A stretch of DNA of 64,000 nucleotides from Antedon mediterranea (Eukaryota > Animalia > Echinodermata), in the NCBI RefSeq assembly GCF_964355755.1, contig NC_092674.1:27466001-27530000 (forward strand). Direction: 5' to 3'. The notes beneath the pieces are model-generated. The model was not told the origin of the DNA. It worked only from the letters and a program-made list of their open reading frames with translations, and searched no databases. Position 1 is the first letter of the stretch; every line of letters begins with the position of its first letter. Below, piece after piece: positions 33,901 through 46,700 of this stretch. The position numbers and the translations under genes were made by a program.

Positions 33901-36900
33901 ATTAATTGTATATTGATTTAATAAATGTATTCATTTTTTAAAGTTGATGTTACCATATGTATCGATAATAAGCTAATAGTTTACATATTTTTTTTAAATT
34001 ATTGTGCTTTTTCTGTATACAAAAACATATATTTTAAAGAATTGTTTAAAATCATGTGTAACATGTATTTTTGTGTGCTACGTATTGCAATAATTAAATG
34101 CGATTTCTATTAAATTTAGGTCTATACATTTTAACACATTCATTCATTGTGATTTATAGTGTCAATTTGTCATTGGGAATGTGATGAAAAAAGGGTAAAA
34201 TCGGAAATAATAAAGGTGGGTTGTTACCACGAAAGACAAAAAAAAAATGTTATTATACTTTATTTAGCTATCTTTTTTTTCCGCTGTTTGTAGAATTTTG
34301 TAAGATGTAGGCCTAAAGAACACAATACAAGAAGACATGGTTAGAATCGCGTTCCTTTCTGATCTATATTTTTATATATTATAGGCATATGTAGGGCATT
34401 CTCTAAAGATAGAATGAATGACAGTTCTGGCTTTATTGAAATGTTTAGAAAAGATACGAAGAAATTAGAAAGAAATACTAGTTATTTAGATTGCAGCTGT
34501 CTTTTTTACAATCCAATTGGGCTTCAATTTTAATTCGTGTCAAATTTTGACAGATCTCGGATAATTATCCTTCAGATCTTATTTTGCTAATTTAAGGGGG
34601 TAGTATTTGAACCCCTTTCTTATAAATTTATACCCTAATATCTAAAAAATCTCGGCAAAAGAGACAATTACGGATGCACAGCTGTTAAAGAAGTGCGCCA
34701 ATGATCAGGTGCTCCCCAAAATGTAACATATCACAGCCTAGGCCTACAACTCAACAACAAGAAACAGAGTTCTAGGCCTATATTATGCTCATTCTCTGTC
34801 AACACAGCGGGGATGGCTGCATAATGATGATGACAAACTATCGTAGGCAACATTTAGATGGTCACCCTAGAGATTTGTGTACATCAAACTTGGGGGTTAC
34901 AGATGTAAGCACGTGTTAACCCGAATTATTGTCAAACTAACGTAGCGTATGTTTACATTTATTACTATTGACATTCAAGTCAATCTATGAATTTTAGATT
35001 TTAGTATCGAATTTAAAGTTTATCATTTTGTTTTTCTGGGTTTAATCATATTGTTTTTATTATTATAAAAATACATTTTTTCTACATTACATTGCATTAA
35101 ATATATAATAATCCGAAATGCATACAAATTATGGTATTATCCCAATATAACTAATTCCGAATACTTAACAAGTTTTGTCTTAAAACTGCTGTTCATTTGA
35201 ATACCCCTATTTATGAATTTTAAAAAAACTACAAAAGAAGTGGTGTTGTTCTTATCTGTAATAACTGGTTTCTATCAAAGAGGGATTGGTCTTTTACGTG
35301 GACAACCATTTAATCTAACGGAATGTATAACACTTTTAATTAATCCTCTCTCTAAAACTTCCCACTTGTAGGCTCCTTTGTAGTAATAAGATAGGTGTTT
35401 CAAAGGCTTTATGCTCAGTGATACAATTATACTGTAGGCCTACATCTTGAAGGCGGATTAGCCACTCTCGCCGCCGCCGCCGCCGCGAGCAATTAAGAAT
35501 AAAAACATAATTTCTATTGAGGATTAGGCCTAAATTTCAAATTTCTGTGAACTAAACTTCTTATACGACACTATACAGTATTATCAATACCGAAATAGGC
35601 TATATAAAATGGAAACGTTTAGGTTTAAAACAAATTATCACAACCATTTTGTTTAATTTCTATTGAAGATATAAATTTCCAATTTTTGAACTGCTAAACA
35701 AAAACTGGAAACTTTTTATGCCTATAGGCCTATATAAATATCAATTTTGTTTGTTTACCATTGAAAACTATTTAATATAACTGTTTTTATAATAGAATAA
35801 GTTTGATTTGATTGATTCAATTTCGGCACAACAACGAATACAGAAAACAAATAAAGTTATCGAATCATGGTACAATTTGTATTCAAATCACTTCACTTAG
35901 ATTTTCTTATAATAATTACAAATAGCTAATTCAATTAATATATTGTGAAATATATTATCATTTTAGCCTACTCATCGTCGATGTCTTTTCGGACGCTTGT
36001 GTCATCGGCCGAGTAACATAGATACAATAATGTTTACTTTTTAAACAAGTTATCCATCATCGCCACTTCTGCTGCGTGTCTGGTTTTCAAAGGTCCTCTA
36101 CTCTCATTACCTATAACGGCGTTTGTTGGTGAATCTCCCGGAAGATATTAGTGTTTGATGAAACCAGTTTTTCCCAAAAGTAGCCGCATAGGGCTTATGA
36201 CAGGACATTGCTTACTGGTTTAAGTCCATTCAAAACTTCCTCCAAGGGGCCAACTCATGTCCCGTAACAAAGCCAATGCTGATGATAAAAAACAGAATCA
36301 CAAGCCCTAAGCGAAAACACTTTGAACCAAGCTGCTATCAAAGCTAATTATATCATTTGTTTTATTCGAATTAACTGGGGACCCTTATGACATGGTTTAG
36401 TAAGAGGATCTTTACACAAAACACGTTGAAACACTTGGTAAAAGATGTGTCCAATAAATTAGGCGTGCAGTGCCTACCACAATATGTGGGGACCTCGAAG
36501 GCACGCGCTAAGAGCCGCTTCTTTGTGGGTACTTTTGTTTTAAGTTAGCAAATAAACATACTGCCTGAAACTCATTGCTGTTTTTGATTATATATTATAA
36601 ATATATACAATATAAATATAATATATTTTAATTATACTTATTATAAGAAATAGGAAAACTTATAGGCCTACTTCTTAATATATATTTGTTTAAGATCAGT
36701 GAATAACATTATGTGTATTGCCTTTATATGAATACTTACTACTAATACTACCATACTTTTACCTTTAAAGAATAATTTATTAGAAATTGAATTCAATAAT
36801 GTTAGATTTATATAGCATTCTGTAGCTAACATTAAAGCAGCAAATCAAGAAACAAATCCGTTTTGTTATAAAATAATAAAGTCACAGTTTAGCTTCGATT

Positions 36901-37279
36901 GAATGAATATTATATTCTTACTTTATATACATACGTGTGTAAAACCGGCTCTCAATTTACTGTAATAACAGTTATGTAGTCCTACGTTATTTTATTGTTT
37001 TATAATGTTTTAATAATGCTGTAAGTACATTCTTCTTGATAGTTGAAATAGTTGTTTAAATTATATGATATAAATAAAGTTTTGTGTTTTAGATTTAAAA
37101 TTTCAAAATGTAATCAGTAACTATCTACTTAAAAACTGTCCTCTTTGTCAAGAAATCTTTGTTTGACATCGAATGTTATTCTTACTTTTGTCATGGTAAT
37201 TTTTTAACTGCTTATAAAGCGAATTAACAAGCATTTTACTGTCAGTCAGAAATGTTAATTATAGACCAATTAGGTGTCT

Positions 37280-37525
37280 GTATTTTGTAGTACCTCCTTT
37301 ACATGACAAATTCAATCAGGTTCTCCGCCTGGCAATTAGAATGAATCACGATTATCGCACCCTGCTTGAAAATGGACGATTCTTGCCCGATTCGTCGCCG
37401 CGATTAACTTTGAAGAGTGCAGGAAGAAGGTCGCGGTAGAGTGAATAGTTAGCTACCCATCACGATTTCCGCACCCGTTACTCTCACCTATAAGATCGAA
37501 TAATGACCGTTGTCGACTTACACAA
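37280..37525 (+). promoter_or_regulatory. Putative HAND promoter
   Basis: CpG-containing patch with TATAAG at 37489-37494, ~285 bp upstream of the ATG. Confidence 0.45.
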
Positions 37526-37778
37526 ACACCATACTTATTTAAAGACACATCGGCCTAGAGTCGACAGTGTGTTGACTTTGCGTGAACCGTGACAGTTTGT
37601 CTGAATGTCCGAGTCGAGCCAGAGCATTCCAATAGCATTTATTGTTTGGACGATATCAACATACATCTCAACTGTGTTTGATTTTAAATCATTGATTTGA
37701 TATTCATGATAAATCAGCGATAGAAAGGAAGAATTTTATTTGGTATTTTTTTTATTCAGGATCGAAATATCTGAAGAC

Positions 37779-40700
37779 ATGAGTCTTATCCATGAATTTT
37801 CTGATTATTCCCTTCAGCAGCATCATCTAGGTAATCACCGGCAAGATGGACGGGATCGAATGTACAATCAGCGGCAACCATGGATGTTGAACCCAGGCCT
37901 AGAATCAGCTATGCCCTTACACCAGCCCCCTGATTATCACCACCACAATCTCATCCACAGCCCACTTCCAACTGCACATAGTTGCGTCTACGAGGAATCA
38001 AACGGTCCGAGGGCTATCCGAGCACCGAGGCGTGTAGCGGCGAAAAAGGAGCGCAGGCGGACGCAAAGTATAAACTCGGCATTTGCCGAATTACGTGAGT
38101 GTATCCCTAACGTTCCCGCCGATACAAAACTTTCCAAAATCAAAACATTACGCCTAGCAAGTAGTTACATTGCATACCTTACAGAACTTTTATATGAAGA
38201 TAATACAAAATGCCACTTAGACGTTGATTTAGGCCACATAAGGGCTGAATTCAAACGAATGGAAGGAAAAGAAAGACAAAAACAAATACAGGACAATATG
38301 GTAAGTGTTATTCATTATCTATACTTGTTCTCTTATTGTTTTTTAATTACATGTTCTTTTAATGATTTATTAATAATTATGTAATAAGCCTAACCCTAAA
38401 AAACGTTGATGATTTTATGATAAGATTACTGTATAGGCTAATAGAGTAAATAGTAAATACAACTTTCTATTACAGTACTATTAGTTAGTGCATAGTTGCC
38501 ATTAGAATTAGACCGATGTGCGCAATTAATTTCAAATTGCGTAAGGAATGTGTCAATTTCTTGATTTAGTTATCTATTAGTATTAGGTTAGTTCTTAATA
38601 TAAAAAATTTGTCGTTTTCGAAAGAATTTTTTTTTCTACTTTCTAAATTTCAACTAATATAGAAACTAGTACTGTACATAGAATGAAATCAAACGTGGCT
38701 TGGCTGTTTTAGATTCCATGTATTTAGTCACCCTTAGCGATGGCCGTCATGGGTCGTTCCGGTTGCGATCGTTTACCACGTGGGCCGTGGCCACTGAGGT
38801 AGGCCTAACTTAGTTAAGCAATATGGGCCTAGTTTAATTTTACCCTTTTCTGGTTTAAAATATTAGTGCAATTACTGTGATTTCAACATTTAGACTTAAA
38901 CTTAATTTGTATGTTCCGACAACCAACTTATGTAAACATCTCTAAAATTGTATGCCTTATATATAGCTTCTTTGTTTTTGTTATTGTTATAATACGCATA
39001 GCATGTATTACAGTGTTTACAGATGGATTGTGGAGGACATTTTGTGATATAAATTTAAACTGTGAATAAAATATATTCATTTATAATTAAATAAAATCCT
39101 TCAGTAAACTTCAAACAACAATTGATTTATTTGTGCACTTTTTATTTTATTATTAAGATACATAGTTACCGTGTTGTATTCTGACTAATATACATGTATT
39201 ATTATTTATTATAATACATTGATTCACATTTTTGGCTGATTGGAATAACGTTATATCGCCAACCATTACGTTCGATGAATTTACTGCTTAGCTTTTTCTT
39301 TTACTAGTATTTTTGTAATTTTCTAAATTGTGCATAGTTTAACCTATAATGAATAAATGTGCATTCATTCTCCGTCTGAATATAATAATACCAAAACATA
39401 TTATTAAGTTGCACAACCTACATTTTCGCCAATGTAACTGTATTATTGTTTTTGAGGTAATTAATATTACTTTGTCCTATATTGTGTTTTATGATTACGT
39501 TTGTATAGTGAGACCAATAATGTAAATCAGATTCCGTAAAATCTATATTTTATTTATATTTGAGATGATACAGAAGAACATCATAAAACCTGACAATTTC
39601 ATATTGAAAAACAAAATTTGTAAAACCTTTATTTTCATATAAAACCCGTAAATAGTGATGTGATCGTTTACATATAATTATTAGAATCATTAACCTTTTA
39701 TATTTTGTTTTGACAAGCGTTTACGCTTCTTTGAGGACCTAGTTGTTTATAACTGAAAACGTGAGCCAGAGCCCAGAATTATTTTTACAAAATACCTTTA
39801 AATAAATGTTGCATTATCAACGCTGAATATATATTACTTAAATATATTTATTTTAAATTTGTAAACATTGTTTTAAAAATGAAATCTAACGTAAAATAAC
39901 ATGTTTTCGGTCTGTTTAGGCCTCAGGCCACCCTCGCTCAAGCAGGCCCAACGCATGGTTATAGGCTAATTGATGCCACTTTTTTGGTCTAGAATCTACC
40001 ATCGCTAGTCCTTCCAGTATGCCTAAATTAACGACTACCACTTGTTGGTTATTTCCCGTGGTGGATTGGATGTTTCCGCTAACCCCGTTTATTATTATTT
40101 AATAACATTCGTAATAAACACAATATAAATATGTATGAAGTGTTAACTGTATTTGCAACTACTGTTCATAATTAATAACTTCCAACACAGGTCTGTTATC
40201 CGATCGTTTTATTGTTAGTTTATAAATCAAACTATGTATGAAGAATTTTACACAAAGTTCGTAATTTTATAATGTTAGCTGTTAAAGATTAACGTCATGG
40301 AATGATGTCCTATAAAGATGTGTGCTTTACAGGCCTCGTTATAGTAGGACTATATACACTGTGACTCACCCAGACTCGTAAATGAAAGGGGTGTATGTTT
40401 TGTGTTAAAATCCTGTTTGGTTGGAATTAGCATCAACTTAGAAACGGGGCCTGGCAATACCCAAGTGGTATGAGAAATGTTTGAGGGGCATAGTGTGACC
40501 GTTGTATTAGCTGTTTATACTTGGGATGAGCCTCTTTGGGGACTCTAAATGGACATACTCTTCAACGCACCAGGAAATTGGCATGTCTAAACGAGAACTA
40601 TCAACCTGCTTTTAAATAAATACATTTGAAAGAATGGCTAGTTTTAGAGTTGAGTAAACTAAACGTTTGATATCTGTTTAAACTTAAATTAATATCGTAC

Positions 40701-43700
40701 TATCACGAAATCAAAATTATAAGATCAGATCATATTTATGTTAAACACTAATGTAAAATCACTATCAATATGCTTTTGAATAAATACATTTGACAGAGAA
40801 TGGCTAGTTTTAGAGTTAGTTAGTTTCAAACTAAACGTTTGATATCTGTTTAAATTTAAATTAATATCGTATAACGAAATCAAAATTATCTAATCAGAGC
40901 ATATCTGAAACACTGATGTAAAATAAAAACTAAAACGAGAACAAATTCATGCTGGACTGTTATTACGTTTATGGGTTAAAATGATAACGTAATATGAATA
41001 TTTGTCAATCACACAAGAAACAAACGATGCTACTTTTTGTAAGTCTTTTTAATTTTTTGAGAACCAACCAAATCTGACAATACACCGTATACAAATTATA
41101 TATGCCTAATAAAAAATAAATAAATTTAACGAAATTTGATATAAATGTTTTAAAAGAAAATGACACATTAAAATGTGTATTCATGGTACAATACAGTATT
41201 TATTCATAGGGTGACAGTTATGTTAACGTTTTACACCGGATATGTGAGTTTCAACAACTTGGAGTTTCCAAAGTGTCTCTGGTTTGTGTTTTATCGGCAA
41301 GACAGGGGGTCACATCGCAACCCCTTCACGTTAGCAAAACCAGCACACATATATATCGTCATATTTCCAATGTGTACGTGATGTTATGAATATGGTATCT
41401 TGTCTTTATCATAACAAATCCTGGCAGAGGCTTAATTTCTGACAGTGTTGAATACCGTGGTCTGTATACAGTTTCCGAAAAATAACATCATTGCATCTTT
41501 GACAGGGTCTGGTACAGTTAAAACCCGTAGCATGTTGGACAGAATCATATTGATGAAAAGTGAGCATAGACAAACATCTGCATTTAAGACAGGGATACTA
41601 TAGAAATAAGCTGTAGAAAGTTGGGGTAAACCGGGTGGCTATGTTACACGAACCCAGTTTTTTTTAGTGTAGCGATCGTTGTCGTAAAGAAGTTTGCTCA
41701 TCGGCTCCATCGGTATGTATGAGAAGCACATGCTTAATTGAAGATTTCTAAACGATGAAGGATAGATATAAAGTTAAAGTCCACCGTTATGACAACGCTT
41801 GTCACATCGCTTTAACGATTATCATTTTGTTCTCAACGATATGTCAAATTGTAAAGTATTGAAATATAGGTAACAGTAACTGAAAAAAAGTGGAGAAATT
41901 GGAACTTGTACATTCATACAAAAAACGGAGTATGAATACTTTTTAGATAGGTTACATTCGTAACATCAGCTGTATAAGTAAGTATATAAACTAACTAAAG
42001 TTAAGATGCGAGGTGTGATGACAATAAACAACGAACATTTTGTGTTAGAAAAAGTTACAAAATGGCTGGTTGACTTCATTCAATGGTTACTTTCAGTTTA
42101 TTTTTCCATAATACTGTAATTTGTTTGTTTTGTTAATTCTGAGAGACCTAAAGTTTAAAATGCAAATCAATAGCCTCTATATTTGTTATTTTCGAGTGTT
42201 TTATCAAGCCAACAAATTTAAAATATTGCATTAAAGTTTATGTTGAATGAACGCTTTCATAAAATATTCTTCAATAAATTTTGTTTCTAGTTGATTGATA
42301 GTACGGTCCAATAATAAATAGTCGTCTGGAAATTCTACCAATTTTTCGGATTATTTGTCAAAATATGTGATTTGTTGGTTTAGTGTTAACCACGAGATTT
42401 GTGAACCACAGTTTTTATAATTACCGAACGTACTTTTCGTTCAATGTATACATTTTGGTTAGGCCTGATGTTCTTAAATATGAAGGGTATAGGCCTACTT
42501 TAATAACACTTGGCGCAGAATACGACCTGGATACTGAGGTGTCGTAATAAATAAACGTTTGGGCTCGAAATATCAACGGTGACTGGCTGTCTGTACATCC
42601 AGATTGATTTACTAGTACGTTTTTTGAAAATGTGTGCGTCAAGAAATATGAAGTAAAAAGTACACCAACTCATATCACCTAACCCTAACTTGAAATAGAT
42701 AATTCATACTTAAATACCTTTAATAGCAAGTTTATCACAACCGGCATATTTTCAAACATTTTAATTTTTATTTGTACCATTATTATTGTAATTAACTCGC
42801 TTTCTAATTTTCTTTAATATTACTGTACTATTTACTATATCTGTATATAATTCTTTACGTTAAACGACGTACGTTTTCATGAATTGTGTAACGTAAATTA
42901 ATAATAATATATACAATAGTTAATATAAAACCAACATTTTTCAAATATTTACTATATCGAAAATTATAATTCTGTTTATTAATTCTTATGTCATTAATTA
43001 CAACCTTTCCATATTGTTGACGAGTGGTTTGTGTGTAAAAAAGAAAACGTAACATAGTAAAAATTGTACAGATTATCATACAAAATCATAGTTAGGCCGA
43101 TACAGGAAATTAACATAGACAAAATGTGCATTAAAGTTCGTGCAACTATGCAGATTAATATAATAACAAGAAGCTTGAATTTCAACACCTGCTAAACAAA
43201 AAGATAAGTTAAATAACATATTCCGGTCAATTTATTAAAATTAGGATCTTTTTTACATTTTTCAGATAACTTTCATATTTTACAAGACATAGCTAATAGA
43301 TTTTGGTCAGTATCTATAGATAGTAGAAAAACATCAGTCCTGGTCAACGTTATAATTACTCTAATTTTGGTACAAAAGTGTTTCACATTCTCATCTAGTT
43401 ATTATTTTGTTGATAGAGTTAAGGTAGATTTCACACTTTGTAAACTTAAAAACGTAAGCGACGAGTTATCTTCTTCCCCCTGTGATTGGTCAAATTGTTT
43501 GACTTGCGCATATCGTCCACGCGTTGTGTCGTTCATGGGGACGAAACTCTATGCAAAGTATTTCAACTGTAGATGATGTTCGTTCTTTATATTCAAGACT
43601 TAATATGGCCTTATTGTTCCTATTTTTGCGATTTCGGTGATAGTTATTTGCCTTGTTAACTTATATTATACTGTATTTAGATATTAAAAAGATTTTGGTT

Positions 43701-46700
43701 TTTTTAAAACTTGTTTTGCATTGTGATCCTGTCTTAAATACAAAACAAAATCAGGGAAAAAGGAGATCGATATCTAGCTTTGATTGAATCAATTGTTTGG
43801 GAATATTTAATTTCAGTTGGTAGGTTATTCCATATTGGAGCGCCTGTAACTTTGAACGACGAGTTCATCTCACTAATGGTATAGTAGGGTATCGTTATTA
43901 TATTTAGGCGTTCTTATCTTATTGCTTCATATTTTAAAATTCACTATTTTATTAATCGGCGTGTTATATCTTAGTTATTTATTTATTATTACTCGTTTTT
44001 TTACAAACTATTCAACATACATTGCTGTCTATTATTAAATTAGGTAAACTATTTGATAATAATGTTCTAACATAATTTTCCAATATTCACAAAATATTTA
44101 ACAAATACACGTTAGAGATTTGAGTTCTTACTAAAATTTCAATTTTATGTCAATTTTATATCTTTAGGGAATTGTTTAAATTTCCTGCGTGTCATGATTA
44201 ATTACAATACAACAAATATCAGTTCTCACTCGGCTTTTGAATATTTTCGTTTTTGACAGTTTTTTCTTGTTGTATAAATTCCAACAATGCTGAAATATTT
44301 TGTTTGTTTTATCTTTGACGTTTTTTTGGTAAAATACAATAAAATAAAAGTGAATGTAATCGGAATATGCTTATTTGAAGGCGTTTGAAAAATATTAATT
44401 TAATGAAATTATTGAGTACGGTACAAATTTAAAAATTTATTAAAACAAATATTTCAAAATTTGTTTTTTCTGCTCCTTGCTAAAGAGCAATGCATTAAGG
44501 CATACTCAGGGCATACTCAGGTATTTGTAAACGTTTGCTGTTCATTAACGAACTTTCTAAAAATAATTTAATACTAATTACTATTGATTAAAACTAAAAA
44601 AAGTTAATTGTTGTTTTAAAATAACTGACCACATAATAAAACAGATACAATTATTAATATTAGATTATTATACCGTGAAACACAACAAAAAGAGCGATAC
44701 AATTGCATTAAATATTCAGGTATTTGTAAACGTTTACAGATATTAACAACCTTTCTAAAAATAAACGTTTACAGTATATTAACAACCTTTCTAAAAATAA
44801 TATAAAGACAAAAATAAGGCAAATGTTTTAAAACCACTGACTGTATTAAAAAGGTCGACACTGTATTCGTTTTTATGTAAACAATTGTTATTCCTCACGA
44901 CGAGTGGATGAAAAGTAATTGTTAACACATTTCCTTCCCGGGTTTTTAAAACAACAATGAATTTTTCTCAATTTTTGAAAACAATTAGCTCCTTGGGTGT
45001 ACGGTTGTCCTCGTTACAAGCAAACTTATTTTAAGTAGAATAACAACTGTCACCGTTAACCTACTGTTTTTTTAAGGTAATAAATTACTCGGTTAAACTA
45101 TCACAAGATCAACGTAAATCTTTCTGACCCACAGTATTATTGCCGTCTCAATTTTGTTTCGTTTATTCTTTCGTATTTCGTCGAATATAAATGCCCTTCT
45201 CGGGCGACGACCACTGTATTTAATAGCGCCGACTAGTCTCGCAGGAGCTGGGCCTACCTACTTATTACAGTGAGAACATTAACGATATTTAAACTATTTA
45301 AGCCTTGTTCTTCAAAAGTGCGCGTAGCTTATTAACCCCCATTATTAGTGTTACCTCAATAATTTATGTCCTTGTGTTAAGATTGTTACCTGTTGGCCCA
45401 CCCAACACAATGATATTTGTGTCCCCTAAAGCGTGGTTCCCACTAGCGACGCAACACAAGGACGTAACGCAACGCAAGTGAATTGACCAATCACAAGCGA
45501 TGGCTTATTCGCTTGTGATTGCTATCTGTCTATAACTTCGCTTGTCATTGGTTAAAACGCTTACGTTGCGTTTACGTCCTTGCGTTACGTTCTAGTGGGA
45601 ACCAAGCTTTAGTGTTGTGCCTATCACTTCCTTTATTTTTAGTCGCGTGCAAACGCGGCTCTAATAGCTCACTATGTCGGTCGGTCGGTCGATCGGTAAA
45701 CACTAACTCAAATTTGCGCACACGACTGCAGATATGGACTTGTTTTTATTTTTATTCTGTTGGTCACTTTCGGATTGGAATGTTACCTAGCTGATGCCGT
45801 TTTATGTCGACCCAAGGCCCACCTTCTGTCCTTTGGTTCCCATGTTTATCTACTCGGTTTCCCTTTGATCCATTGGCGCCTTTTAAGTGCCATCATTAGT
45901 TGGTAGTCTAATCCTCGATCATTTTGACGCTTTGTATGCTTTCTGTTGTATTTGATTATTGTAGGAAATACGTTCTAATTAGAACATAAATTGAAACGAT
46001 TAAAGTATGTGTACATTTTGATTGTGTAATCCTTTTAATTAATTACATTTTTCAATGTAGTCGTTGGGGATTGTTAATGAAGTACTAGGCCTAGTCGAAC
46101 AACGAATGTTACATTGTGTAGTATTTTCCCAGGGACGAAGTTGTAAAGCATTCACCCGAGCAGCAGAAATGTTGATAAGTGAATGTATAGTCTGTAGTTA
46201 TGTTTTGTCACAGTCCACCAGTCGGCGTTTCGATTTTTCTTTGGAAGTCAAGCATTATGAAACGTTACAAATTATTTTCCTTATTTTTATTTTTTCCAAA
46301 TACAAGTCGGAATACTTAATTCTATCACATTTTCATCAACAATTGAAAGCTTGTCAAAGTTAGTATTAAATTACAAACTTATTAAGGGCGTCTTAAAAAG
46401 TCCTTACTTCTCACAGACAGCCCGTAATTTAATCAAATCGTCCTTGTCAAATTCATCTCGTAAAGCGTACGCTCGAAGTTGTGAATTGCTAAATACTGTA
46501 GATGGTAGACGCAACGCAACGCAAGTCATTTTTTTAATTACAACGTGATGAATGGTGGTATATCTCACCGTTATTGGTTACGTTACGTCCTTGCGTTGCT
46601 TCCTAGTGGGAGCCAAGCTTTTAAGGGCTTTTTATAGGTAATTCTAACATAGAAAAACATGCGTTTGGCATAAGGGGATCATTTGTACTGCCATCACACT

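Noticed and set aside
38301-38384. ORF-track C-terminus of HAND ([12 protein letters not shown]..)
   Set aside because: Intron read-through past a perfect GTAAGT donor; the conserved C-terminus is at 48672-48758.
41506-41559. Possible extra HAND exon (GACAG|..|GTGAGC)
   Set aside because: In-frame stop in phase 0, no homology, and exons 1 and 2 already join cleanly.
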